Assembly: GCF_009914755.1 (NCBI RefSeq)
Contig: NC_060933.1
DNA: 64,000 nucleotides
Direction: 5' to 3' (one strand)
Source of the DNA: the human T2T-CHM13v2.0 reference genome, Homo sapiens
Made by a program: the position numbers and the translations under genes. Shown in pieces: positions 1 to 13,628 of the stretch. Numbering within the stretch: position 1 is the first letter of the stretch; each line of letters begins with the position of its first letter. A model generated the notes under the pieces. That model saw only the letters and a program-made list of their open reading frames with translations, searched no databases and was not told where the DNA came from.

Positions 1-307
1 CTGTCAATAGCTTAATGATCAAATATATAAGGTCATGTGGATAATAAGTAGATTTAAACTTGTATCAAGTGACAATTACACATATTTTAAGATATTGACA
101 GCATGGAATGAAAATGAGTTTTAAAAAAATAATCTGCAAGTATTAATCCTCAGTAAGCCAATGAAATAACTGGCCATTTTCTGATTTCAAGTTTTATTTA
201 CTATTATAAACCAGGCAAAAGAGAATATTAATTAAAATAATTGGTATTTACTGAGCTCTTAGTATGTACCAGAGACTATGTTAAATAATGTATGTGCACT
301 TTGAAAA

Positions 308-733
308 TGTATCAGTCGGCTATTACCACAAAAATGTTGTGTAATAAACAGTACCTAAATTCACTGACTTAAAACAATAAGCATTTAACTGACTAAGATT
401 TGTGGGTTGACAACAACTCTGCAGAGATAGGCTGTATTTTATATTTGGGGCTCAAGTATGAAGATTGGGTTTAGATCTATTCTATAACACTTCCATTCTA
501 CATGAACCAAAAGTTACCTGGGGTATGTTTTTCTTAAAGCAAATAACAGGAATGCAAGAGAATGAGTGAAAAAGCATAAGGTCACCTAAGGCTTTAGCTC
601 ATAACGAACACATTATCACTACCGCCCACATTCTCTGTCCAAACTCACCATCAGTGGGTAGCAGCATAAAGTCATAAGGCAAAGGGCACAGGAAGAGCAT
701 TGGAATATTGTAAAAATAATTCAATCAACCACA
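308..733 (-). mobile_element. Ancient MaLR solo LTR (MLT1-type)
   Basis: Begins tgtatcagtc and contains cttaaaacaataagcattta; ends tcaaccaca. Matches the reverse complement of an old MLT1 LTR. Confidence 0.65.
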
Positions 734-900
734 TAAAGTATTTGCTCATAATAACTCTTTTAGGGCGACACCTAAAAAAGATGAGAAACTTTTCTTAGTC
801 ACATAGTACCTAGTTCGGAAGTACAAGAGTCATATTTTAAACTCTTATCTGTTTAACTACAACCTAAGCTCTAAACTGCTACAAAATCAAACTGATAGAA

Positions 901-1150
901 TTTTTTTTTTTTTTTGAGACAGTCTGACCCTATTGCCCAGGTTGAAGTTCAGTGGCACAACACCTGTTCACTGCAAGCTCTGCCACCCTCCCAAGTACCT
1001 GGGACTACAGGTGTGCATCACCACACCCAGCTAATTTTTATATTTTTTGTAGAGATGTGGTCTCTCAAGCTGGTCTTTGAACTCCTGGGCTCAAGCAATC
1101 TACCTGCCTTGGCCTTTCAAAGTGCTGGGATTACAGGTGTGAATCCGGTC
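901..1150 (-). mobile_element. AluJ element with short internal deletions
   Basis: Poly-T, then gagacagtct...cccagctaattttt...gaactcctgggctcaagcaatc (J-type)...aaagtgctgggattacagg; about 250 bp. Confidence 0.9.
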
Positions 1151-2912
1151 TGACAGTGTTTTTGAGTCAAGGTTCCATACCAGTTCATGCTGTTTCAGGC
1201 TCCTGGACACAGGAATATTGTCATGCTATAGCTTTTTTGATATCTATTTCATCATTAGTCCAAGAACTGATTTATTGACCAGTCAGGTGTTTCAAAAAGC
1301 ACAAGAACTCTTTTAAATATCTGGTTTGTTGTTACTAATACTCTAAAATCATTCAATTCAACCGGGCATTTTGTGTATCCATAATTAGAGGGTAGTTTAT
1401 GGAATTGTATTTGGCAAAGTATTTTATGTCAGGCATCTGGTATCTTATTTACCTTTATACAATTTTATAAATCTATAAATTTTATAGAAATTTCATGAAT
1501 TATAAACATTTAGAACTTTATTAATTTTTTAAGAAATGTATGACACATAATCCCAATGATTTCTGCATATCTATTTTGAGAAGATATGTTTTCAGATAAC
1601 AATATTTGGATAGGAATTACTATTAAGAGAAGTTACAAAAGTTACACTGATTCACATATAGGTTGAATTGTTCCCTGTGGAAGATAAAGCTGTCATAACT
1701 TATCTGAGATGAGATTTTACTTAAATAAAAATAAATGTAGATGCAAATGAATGTATCATAATTCAATTAATAAAAATTTTGTAGATATTTTTGTTTCTTA
1801 GATTGGAGAAGACTTCAAAGGCCTTTAGTAGCCAGCATGTGAAGCAACAGAATCACATCTGGCAATTAGAATCATCACATATCACCTTCATCAGGACTTT
1901 GAACTCTCTTCAAAGGAAAGAGGTTCTTACTGGGTTTTTACTTTTTTTTAAGTAGTTCTATTTGGTATATTTTTGTTCAAGCTTAAATATTCCATCCTAG
2001 AATTATACCAGATATGTAAGGAATATTTTGGAGTTTTTATGAGAGAATTATTACTTAGGTTAACAAAATACTACTACATTGACTATAATAATAATAATTA
2101 GTAGTAGTAGTAGTATAATTATGATTGTACCCCAGAAATGCTATGCTTTCAAATAATTGAAACTTAAATTAGAGAGAAAATAAAGTCTCTCTAAGACCTA
2201 ACAATATAGTAGGACCTTATCTACTATGATTTAGAAGAGAAAAGAGTGGCAAAACCTGACTGGAATAGAAACAAGAGGATTCATGGATATGCAAACCAGG
2301 TCACCAGAGAGATTAGTAGTGATGAAAATTCAAGATACTCAGGAGAGAGCCAAACTGGGAAGACAGAGGTCAAATCTGAAACAAGACAAAGTAGATGTCA
2401 CAGGGTTTTCTAGACCTGGGATCTGAGAAATTCCCCTTTGTTTATATTTTGGAGAGCAGGAGATAAATGGTGAAAGTAGAATCTACATTTACATATTAGG
2501 ATGCAGGAATGAAATTTTCAAATAATTTGTCATTTCACAACAATTGTCCCTACAGACCCAACGCCTAGGCTAGAGGGTAGCAATTTTAGGTATGCTGATT
2601 TCCAACTTCAATGTGAATGAATCTTTTTATGAATAAGTAAGCAATTTACTGAGATAAATGGCCATGAAATATCAATAATTTAGGACCTAAGGTAAAGCAG
2701 AAATATAGAGATTTACTGAAGGGAAAGTTTATATTTTTTCTTATTATAACATCTATGTCATTTTTAACACAAATGCTGGTCTTAAAAATGTTTCACTAAA
2801 AAATTATTGACACTCCAAAGTCTATGTGTAGATACATACATACATGCACATACACATATGTATATATAATTGATTGTGATTATATGTGTGTGAATAAACA
2901 CATAAATACACA

Positions 2913-3192
2913 TGTGGGACCTCTGGGAAGTGATGAGATTATGAGGGCAGAGCCATCAGAAATGGGGTTAGTGCTCTTATAAAAGAGGCCCAAGGGAGCT
3001 CACATGCCCCTTCCACTAAGTGAGGACAGCGTGAGAAAGCACCATCTATGATAAAGTGCTGCCCTCGCCAGACATCAAATTACTGGCATTTAATCTTGGA
3101 CTTTCCAGCTTCCAGAACAGAGAGAAATAAATTTCTGTTGTTTATAAGCTACCTACTGTATTTTTTTTTATCAGCCCAAACGTACTAAGACA
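2913..3192 (+). mobile_element. MaLR LTR, MLT1A-like, 5' truncated
   Basis: Contains cttataaaagaggcc, atcttggactttccagcttccagaac and agaaataaatttctgttgtttataagc; ends actaagaca. Confidence 0.85.
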
Positions 3193-3486
3193 GGACATTT
3201 ATTTATTTATTTCTATTAAATTTCTTTTTTTCTCTTTTGTATGTGTTGGGGTGGGTGTGGGTGTATGTGGTTTTAGCAGGAGAGATAAAAACAAAATTGC
3301 TTTATTCCACTGTCTATACTAGAAATTCATAATAGATTTTTAAAATAATAAAGTATACCTTAATAAATAAAATGAATTTAGTTATGTATTAATTACCTAA
3401 AATTACAATTCCCAGTAGACATAGATCATTATAATCTGAAAGATTAAATTGCCAAGCATTTCACTCTCCAATTTAAATGCATAAGT

Positions 3487-3755
3487 CATATGTGTAATTT
3501 TAAATTTGCTACTAGCCACTTGCAAAGTAAAAAAAAAAGTTAAATTGTATATTTTAATTCATTATATCTAAAGCATTATAAATATAATGTGTAATCAATA
3601 TTTCATTAATAAAATATCTTACATTTTCTTTTCATATTCATCTTCAAAATCCAGTGCATATTTCCTACTTAGAACACATTTCAATTTGGACTAGCCACAT
3701 TTGAAGTGCTCAATATTCACATGCAGCTTGTGGCTACCACATCAGACCATGCAGG
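3487..3755. mobile_element. hAT-Charlie MITE remnant (MER33/MER3-like)
   Basis: Contains catttcaatttggactagccacatttgaagtgctcaata...gtggctacc, typical of MER3/MER33. Confidence 0.75.
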
Positions 3756-4243
3756 TCTAGTATATAATATGGTAGACACTCCAAAATTATAGCTACATTA
3801 TCTTCATCATCATTATTGACATGTATAAATATTTAGCATGCAATTGAAATCTTTAATGCCATAGAGTCAGACACAGAGAGTCTTGGATTAGAATACTAAA
3901 GAATACTAAAGATGTTAGGTAATGATTCCTCTGAGCATTTCCTTTACATCTACAAGTAAGAATAATCCAGGGGAGTTTCAAGAGTTCTGTGCAATCTTAT
4001 ACATAAAATTGTCTACCATATTTTCTAAAGATGTTAAATGTAGAGTAAGACAGATTATCAATTTTGTCAACCTTGAGGTTTTTGTGCCACTGAAAGACTT
4101 ACAGCAGTCACAGAATTGGTTAATTGGCAAAAGTTAACATTCAGTATATTCAAACTACCTCTTCACTTCCTATCTACCCTTCTGCCTCTGTTTTCTCAGC
4201 CAACATTGTTCCTGGATTCTCCTCCTTTCACCATCTATGGTAT

Positions 4244-5194
4244 TCATAGAGGCAAGAGGCAGAGAAATTCTAGGCAGACAGGGGTCGGTCCCTGGAAAAA
4301 CTCCACCTTCAAGATGAAAAGCCTGAAATCCACAGCCCAAAGTGACAACTTCCATCCCTATGTGCCCGTTCTCTCCCAATTGGTTCTTTCTGAATAATGT
4401 CTTTTTACCAACTGAATGCTGCCTTTTCCAAAACTACCTACGGCTCTCCCTGTTTTCCATCCTGAGCCTATAAAGACCCCAGATTCAGCTGGTAGAGATG
4501 AGAAGTGGCCGGATGTCAGGGAGAGACAAGACTTCAGAAGAGAGAGGAAGAGAGGCAGCTTGACTTCAGGGGAGAGTGACCTTCCCTTTTCATCCCCTTT
4601 CCAGCTCCCCTATCCACTGAGAGAAACTTTCATCACCAATAAAATTCTATGCATTCACCATCCTTCAATTCATCCATGTGACCTCATTCCTCTTGGGCAC
4701 CAGACAAGAATTCAGGATGCACAATGTACAAGTAACAAAAAAGGCTGTCACCCTGGCCCTTTGCCCTTGCTGGTGGAAGGTAGCCACCCCACATGATGAG
4801 GCAAAGGGCCCAATGAGCTGATAACACACTGCTGTCTGTGGACAGTGGAGCTAAGAGAGCATTGTAACACACCTTCTGGGCCCTTGGGGTCACAGGCACC
4901 CCCACCTGGATGCTGCTATGGGACCTGCACGGAGTTTGCTCCAGCCAGTGCCAAAGCGGCTGGCAGATTCCTGCACTTGCTCACCTACCTGCTTCCTCCT
5001 ACAAGGGCTGGAGCACAGTGAACTCAGGTGAACTAAATTTGCTCCTGTTGGCACTGAAATGGCCAACTTGGTCTTGCACTTGTTTGCTCCTGTTCCTGCA
5101 TTGCATCCCATGAAGGGTTGAGTCTGGCAGGCTGAGTAAACTGGACATCCCTTTTGCGAGTCCCATGAAGAGGTCAAGAAAACATCCTGCATCA
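4244..5194 (+). mobile_element. ERV1-class solo LTR, ~950 bp (LTR28/LTR27/LTR1 group)
   Basis: Starts tcatagaggcaagaggcagagaaattctaggcagac; CCAAT boxes; TATA (cctataaag, ~4468); AATAAA (~4638); ends atcctgcatca; flanks gtat/ctat are an imperfect TSD. Confidence 0.8.
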
Positions 5195-5259
5195 CTATGA
5201 ATGAGAGGGCCAGGATGAAAGAAGAAGCAGAATGTGCAAGACTGTAAATATGTCCACAG

Positions 5260-5598
5260 GGGTGTGATAATGGGCCATTTTAATTTTGGAGGCAATCTGC
5301 CTTTGCAGACCATTTAGGTGCTTGTGGAAGGGAGGCTTCTACCCTCCCACAGAGACTGGGAGACAGTTCCCCTATCTTTCTTGATGACTACATTTAAAAG
5401 GGATGATTCTCAGGTTCCTGAGAAAGACATTCCTAAGTTGTAGAAGATTTACATTTCCGAGGTGTAGGGAAAATATTTTCAACTGAAAGTCATCGAAAGT
5501 AAATGCACTGAGAAAAGAGAGTTCAGAGGCTTATAGCTAGAAAGAAGCCTATCTAATGTTTAGTCAGGGTGAGGGAAGTGTTAAGGTTGTCTTGGTCA
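5260..5598 (-). mobile_element. MER31/MER67-family LTR fragment
   Basis: Reverse complement begins tgaccaagacaaccttaacacttccc; visibly homologous to 7029-7527 and 58830-59350. Confidence 0.75.
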
Positions 5599-5949
5599 GC
5601 CCTCACAGGATGGACTATGTGGAGGCACTTTATAAGACAGAGATGGTCCCTGAAAGTGAGGTAGGAAAGTCAGGGTGAGATGCATTGTTGGAGGAAGGAG
5701 TACTGGTTCTTGAACAGGAGAGAAGGTGCAGATATGACAGAGAGGAAGAGGGCGTGTACGTGCAGTAGACTGGGTATTGAAATGGGATAAAATGTAGATT
5801 ACCTAAAAATGTTAGCAGAACCATCAAACTCCAATGACCAAAGCCAGGTAGACAAATACATGAGTTTAGCTAGCCAGTTGTAATACACCAAGGAGTGTTG
5901 GGGGCTGTGGTAGATTTGAGAGTATTTGCCCAGACTTATTTTGAAAGTG

Positions 5950-6045
5950 GAGTCTCAGGCCCCACCCAGACCTACTGAATCAGAAGATACATTTTAGCAA
6001 GATCTTAAAGGGATACACAAGCACATTAAGGTTTGAAGAAGCATA
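5950..6045. mobile_element. MER5-type hAT MITE fragment
   Basis: Core caggccccacccagacctactgaatcagaa...cattttagcaagatc. Confidence 0.75.
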
Positions 6046-7028
6046 GCTTAAATCCCGCCTCCCCAAATAATAACCTTTTTCTTACCATTTGCTTGCATGG
6101 GTTTTGATCATTTACAATACCTTGCCCACACAGCAGCACTAAGAGGGGAAGGACTTTTTTTACTTTGTAAATATTTGCTCTGACAACAGATTTTCTGAGT
6201 GAATGAAAGTGTTGCCTTATAGGTGACCTATGTAAAATTATTCTTGCAGGTTGGCCCTCATGTCGCTCAGGATTAATCACATGTATTTACTTATGAAGGT
6301 GAGAATTTCAAATATAGTCCTGAATCACATTCTGAAATGCATTGTGGTATGCAAAGGGAAAAGACAAACACATAACTATTACATATTCTTAAAAACAAAG
6401 GGAAGAAAGAGCAACAGAAAACATATTAATGTGATTTTATAGCCGAGATTTTTAAAACAAGCATGATGGAATGTAAAGTTATAGTCCTCATAGGAATCAT
6501 AACTGGGCTGTAAGGCAAATATATATTAAGGCATAAATATTAGAGTCTATATAATAATAGAAAATACTACAACCAGATATGCCAAGAGACTAAATTATAA
6601 TTGGCATGGGAACCATAGATTTGGAACTTCTTACTGCTTAGAATTTAAATTGCTCTGAAACACTGAAGTCATATGAAGCCGTCCAGGTACCATAGGATGA
6701 GTGAAGAAGTAATATTAGCAACAAACAGTTAATGATATTTTATTTAAATCATCTAGATAATTTAATTAAAGGAATAATCAGTTACAAACTTAAATAATGG
6801 CTCGTAAGTTTCATATAATGCATACAAAGCCCATCAGTGTAACTATACATGGAATTATAGGTAGTCTAAGTATAAAGGGCATATCAACCTACTAGTTTTG
6901 ACACATTAACTTAGAATGTATTATAATGTAGATGAGGAAACTCACAGGCAATTGGCAAAGGAAGAAGTCTTTGATAACATAAGGCTGGAGGTTTGCCAAC
7001 TATGCTGTGGATGTGTGTGTGTGTATGC

Positions 7029-7527
7029 TGACCAACACGGCCTTAACACTCCCTTGAACTTGACTAAATTTTAGACAGGTTTCTTGCTAACTATATGCCC
7101 CTGATTTCCTTTTTCTAAGAGCATTTACTTTACAAAACTTGGAATTGTAAATTATTTCTTAGCCCCTTGGAGACAGAAATCTACAATCAATGTTTCCCTC
7201 AAGGACCTAGGAGCCACCCCTTTAAAATGTAATCACAAGAAACACAGTGATTTTATCTCCCAGTCCCTGTAGGAGGGTAGGAGTCTAATTTTATAAGCAC
7301 CAGTTAGTAAATAGAGATGGTCTAATCACATTGACCAATCTTCTCCCTGATCTCCTCCAGTATTTTGCCACTAGCTTGTCCCAGGGCTTAAAATGTCTCT
7401 AGCCTTTTGTTTCAGCAGAGTTCAGTTCAATCTCTTTCCCCTATTGACATATCCTTAGCCCCTATTCAAATAATCTTAAAGCTTTTCTTGCCTGTTTTAT
7501 TCTGTCTGGTACAATTTTTCTTTAACA
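7029..7527 (+). mobile_element. MER31/MER67-family solo LTR, ~500 bp
   Basis: TG...CA ends (tgaccaacacggccttaacactccc ... tttctttaaca); family motif cttgactaaattttagacagg. Confidence 0.8.
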
Positions 7528-7544
7528 GAGAGAGAGACAGAGAC

Positions 7545-7552
7545 AGTGTGTG

Positions 7553-7601
<49 letters not shown>
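7545..7601. repeat. (GT)n microsatellite preceded by a GA-rich run
   Basis: Directly visible. Confidence 0.97.
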
Positions 7602-7605
<4 letters not shown>

Positions 7606-8361
7606 GGACTCCCAGGGGACCTCAGGAACAGGCCTGCTCCATGCACTCTTTTATGAAAACAGTTGTCTTTAATCTGTTCTATGTGTTGAAGTATTTTCCT
7701 AAAATTATATTTAAACAAATATCACCATAGTTTTAAAAGCATTTAGAGTATGCAACTGTTATGCATCCATACAAACTGAAAATTTTAAAAAAATTGAAAC
7801 ACTTTAGGAATTATTTCATTTTTCTGATGAAATGAGATAAGGGAAAGCTCCAGAGCATAAGAGATTCACTGGAAAGCCCAAGATCCAACTGTGAGCAGCA
7901 GAGCATTGGGAAGCTGCTCCAGTGCTCTTCAGAAGTTATATTTGTATCATCAAGGCAGAAAATGTGAACTAGGCAAAGTAAGAGAAACATGAAGGCGTGG
8001 TTAACCTACTTAAAAGGACAATCTCCAAGTGCCTTAGGAACACTAATTTGCATGTAACCAATTCATATGTAAATTAGGAGTAATCTTTATTTAGGACCTT
8101 TGTTTGGGAACATTTATTACCCATTAGTTCTGTTATTTTTACTTCAATGCTTATTTTCCTAATTTGTGCATAATCATGTAAAGGATTATAAACTCAATGT
8201 TGAAAAATATATAGCGAAGAAATAAATAGAAGCCAAGAGCACAGGGGCAAATAGTGACTTTAGTTTATTTGTATCAAATGAGTAATTCCTTAGTATTTTA
8301 AGTTAGAAGGTAACTTAGGGCAGATAATCACAAAGGTTATCAGTTTGGCTGAGATGCTTAG

Positions 8362-8510
8362 CTTTGCAGAGTCTCACTTCCTCATTTGTAAAATAGTCAG
8401 TAATAATCCCTAACTTTTTACTGCTTTTATGACAATAAAGAAAATATATTTAAAGTGCTAAGACAGTACTATTGAAGCCCCTAGTAAGGGCTCAACATGG
8501 TGATGTTAGT
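8362..8510 (+). mobile_element. MIR SINE fragment
   Basis: MIR core ctcacttcctcatttgtaaaatag...aataat...aaagtgctaagacagt...agtaagggctcaa. Confidence 0.65.
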
Positions 8511-10228
8511 GTCCAACATCAAAATAAGCTTCTTCCCCTTCACCTTCTGCTTCCCCTTCTCCTTTTTGTTCTCATCCTCCTTCTTACTCCTCTATATTGT
8601 ATCCCTAAGACAATTTGCCTAAATGCTAACAACTATTTGACATTAGTTTCAACTATAGGCTGTGGAAACCTACAACCAAAGGGTTCAATCTTTGGTTTCT
8701 AACTCAGTGTTGACTTTAATTAAACCAAAAAATTCCAATTAGTACAGATTTTTTTCAGGTATACTAATAGTACTAATTTGAGGCAAATGGTAATGATCAA
8801 ATTAATTGGTTTGTGTCACTCTATCAATATAGGTATGGCCAGTACTTATTGATCCTTTTCAATAATGTCTCTTTCTAAGACTCTGTTAAGGTATTTTATG
8901 GGAATGATTAAAACAAAAGGCAAAAAATTAAGTATTATTCAAGAAAGAATGTATTAAATAAAATAATGCTACTATTGAGTTCTCATGTAAAATAACATTC
9001 CTTTAATATTTCAAAGTCACCAGAAGTCAAGTCAAATCAATGCATGAGTGAAGAGAGAAAATGGTAAGGTTAGGGCAATATTTTTGCCAAACTTTGTTCT
9101 GGAAGTTCTTATTAAAATAAAAAAATGACCTAAATTATCTTTCTATGTATTCTATTTAAACATTTGTTTTCCTTTGAATTGGGAGGGAAACTGCAAGTCA
9201 AATTAGGGAGAAGTGCTGTCATGCTGATGGAGACAATACCAAAGATTTATCTACTTAGACAAATGAAATCAGAGTCTGTAGATCTGAAATGTTTTGATGC
9301 CTCTGCAGAAATACAAAAAGTTGTAAACAAATGCTATTTTACTGTAGTCAAATTTGGTGCCGTTTTCTAGAGGCTCCTGATTGTCAAAAGTTAGCTTTAT
9401 CAAATCAGTTCCATGGATTTCAAGAGACTGAAAAATAAGGTTATTACAGAAAGTGTAGATTGCACAGTTAAGACTGACTTTTAGATGACAATGAATAATT
9501 TTTAGTATAAATATATCCTGAATATTCTTTCTATATATGTGTATGTGTATTTTACATATATTCCTTCTTTTATCTATGTATCAACTAAGTATTATCTATC
9601 TATTCTATCAACAAAATAACCAATAACAGCTTCTGGATATTATTTTTCTTTAATATATTGTTTGACCTAATGGGCCAAACTGATTTTCATTTTGAGTATT
9701 TGTATTTTCAAATAGTTCATTCATAAATAGTCATTTTAAGGCTATATCTACAGAAAAAATAAAGGTATGTAGTTTATAAAAAAGAAAACATTGCATGCCA
9801 ATATTTTGTAATATTTGCTGAATGAGCAACAGTTTAAATTTTTTGGTATTCTAAATTCACATACATAATGGAATCTCCTGAATTACCTGAATTTTTAGCT
9901 GTTCAGATTGATATGAATTTAGCTTAGCTTAGAAACCCCCATTCCGTAGGTGATCCAAATATGAAAAAATGCCTTCTATCCACTGAAATAATTTTCATGC
10001 CTATTGACACATAAAATATACACATGCAGTTTTATGTTAACTGTTGAAACTCAAACTAAAGAGTTGTAAATTGCATAAAATAAATCAGCTTTACATTTTG
10101 GTCAGATACATTTCAAGAAATTTTAAAACTAAGAACATGTAATGATGTAGTAAAGTGAAAAGTAAATTCTGAAACCTCTCTGTCCTACAACTATGAATAA
10201 GAATTTTTTATAATTCATTTACATTTTT

Positions 10229-10535
<307 letters not shown>

Positions 10536-10749
10536 ACATTTTTAATGAAAATACAAATTGATTTGCTCAATCATAAACACAGTTTTTATTTTTTGTTAAC
10601 TTTTTCAGATAAATATGCATTTTCTATGCCAAAAACAACAGACAAATATTCTATATATCAAGTTAAAGTAGTTAACATTTAAACTAAGTTTGTGAACTAG
10701 AATATGAAAATAATGAACGAAAAAGGATGTATAAGATATTCCTCATTTG

Positions 10750-12100
10750 TTCCTGGCTCTCCAATTCACTTAGGAAATTTTTCTCTCTGCTGATCTTCTG
10801 GTAGCGAACTCTTTTAGTATGGATTTATGTAAAATATATAAATTTGTTTCAACTTCATTTCTAAAGTGTATTTTAACTAAATATAAAGTTTATGCTCAAG
10901 TTTATTTTCTTTCAACCCATTGATGCTCCACCGTCACTGGTGTTCATTGTTTCTTTTGGGAACTCAGCTGCTAATTTAAGTCTTTGTTGTTTAAATGTCA
11001 CATGCTTTTTTTTTTTTTTTTACTGGCTGCTTGCCAGATATTTGATATTCCACAGTTTTATAGTTATACCATGGATACAAATTATTTATTTTATACACCT
11101 TGGGGCTTATTGGGTAGATGTTTTTCATCAATTCTGAAAAATTCTGATTCCTAATAGATTTCAATATTTCATCTTCCCCATTCTTTCTCTTTTCTCTTTT
11201 TGAGATTCCAACTAATCAGTTTGGATCTGCCCCCTTTTTTCTCTATGCTCCTATATTCTCTCCATTTTTCATCTCTCCCTGCTTTACTTGAGCTATTTTT
11301 TCTGGTATATTTTCTCGTTGATTAATTTCTCCTCAGCTATTAAACCCAGCTATTGAATTCTACGTGTTATTTTTTGTATTTTTTTAGTTTTTGAGTTTCT
11401 ACTTTATTTAATTTCTAATTTGCTAGGGCATTTTAAAATTTCAGTCCTTGCCATAAGTTCCACGCTTATGGCAAGCACGTGATTTATCTCCCTAAATTAG
11501 GTGAATATAGCTATCTTACAGTCTGTGTCTGATAATTCCAGTATCTAGGGTTGTTGTGGATCTCTTTGTATTGTCTATTACTTCTGCCGGTTCTTAATCA
11601 TAGAGACTTGTCTACTCAAATTCTGCTCATCTTTATTTTATTCTAGATACTGTGTTTGAGAAATTATTTACAGAAATAATTTGCAAAGAAAGATGATGTT
11701 ATCATCCTCCAGAAAGGATCTTCTACTGTTTTCCAAGGCATCTAGGTCACAAAAATTTCTAAATCATCTTGATCCAAACTCAAGGACTGAAATTTTCTTG
11801 ACCACCCAAAAGCTATGAAGCAGGTACGAAGTTTGTTCAAAGCCTAGTTCCCGTCTTGTTCCTTCTTACTACTAGAGTCCAACGAAAACCATGAGGTAAT
11901 TTAACATGCTCCTACATTCAACACCCTCCACTCTGTCCTGGGGTTCCTTAATTGCAAGAGGCAAGCCTATCAGCTGATTTCTCTTTTTTTTTTTTCATCT
12001 GTGAATACCACTGGAACAAAAACAATTCCTCACAAAGGCTAGGTTTTCTGGATGACTACCATTTTCTGGATCTTAATCTTGCAATTATTACTACTGTTTT
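10750..12100 (-). mobile_element. Old L1M fragment (5'/ORF1 region), highly decayed
   Basis: T-rich antisense L1 motifs such as ttctttcaac...ctgctaatt, gagattccaact and tctgtgtctgataattccagtatct. Confidence 0.6.
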
Positions 12101-12124
12101 TAAAAATTTAATATTGCTTATGTT

Positions 12125-12428
12125 ATTTTTATTTTATTTATTTATTGAGATGGAGTCTCACTCTGTCGCCCAGGCTAGAGTGCAATGGCACTATCTCAGT
12201 TCACTGAAACCTTCACCTCCCAGGTTCAAGTGATTATCCTGCCTCAGCCTCCTAAATAGCTGGAATTACAGGTACACACCACCACACCCAGCTAATTTTT
12301 GTACTTTTAGTAAAGATGGGGTTGCACCATGCTGCTCAGGCTAGTCTCAAACTCCTGACCTCAGGTGATCTACCAGCCTTGGCCTCCCAAAGTGCTGGGA
12401 TTACAGGTGTGACCCACTGTGCCCAGAC
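12125..12428 (-). mobile_element. AluS (Sx/Sz-like)
   Basis: (TTTA)n tail; gagatggagtctcactct...ctcctgacctcaggtgatc...ccactgtgcccagac. Confidence 0.92.
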
Positions 12429-13221
12429 TATTTTTATATTTTTATTAGTAGATTCTAGCTTTTCAAAGTTTACTTCTGCAGGAATTTATGTCCACATTAT
12501 TTAATTTGTCATTATCAGAGGGGAAGCCCTTGAGTATTGAAAGTTAACTTTAAAAATATATTTTATCTATAGAAGAAAAAAATGTATTTCATATTACTTG
12601 GAAAGGATGTCTTATTTCAACCCAAATGTATCTGGCTCTTATTGAGGAGATAAATGCATAAAGCTATAACAGTTTTTTTTTTTTTACCTTTGATTACATA
12701 ATAGAAAAATAAAAGAGCTAATGGGATATATGAAGAATAACTGAAAGTATTTATTCTAAGTAACATGACAACAACCAGAGAAGTGAAGAGTCCCCGATAA
12801 AGGGAATCCATTTACTTTGTGGATTTATCAAATTGTTTGTTAAAACAAGTACACTGTTTTCATGCAATTTATCTATTTTGAGTAACTTATAAAGTATGGG
12901 GCAAATAATAAAATAAATAGCTCAAAACACTCAAGGCCAAATCATAAGCCATAGTACACCATAATTTGGGGGATAATTTTACTTATATCCAAAATAACAT
13001 AAATCAAAATGAAAAGAGAGACAAACTAAAGAGTTGACTCTAAACCCCACACAGTAAGAGAAAATGCTTTGCATAAAAAGTAACCAGAAAACAGAAAGAA
13101 AAAAAGAAAGGCTGGAAAAAAAATCTGTCTTTCCAAATATCTCAATAGGGAATAAATGGCAATTAAAATGGTTAGAAAATACTTTTTTGTGAAAAAAAAA
13201 AAGTGGTTAGCTGGAAATTAG

Positions 13222-13628
<407 letters not shown>

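Noticed and set aside
1460-1510. AT-rich near-palindrome tctataaattttataga; also the 10-bp doublet gaatactaaa at 3891-3910
   Set aside because: Short and expected by chance or slippage at this base composition.
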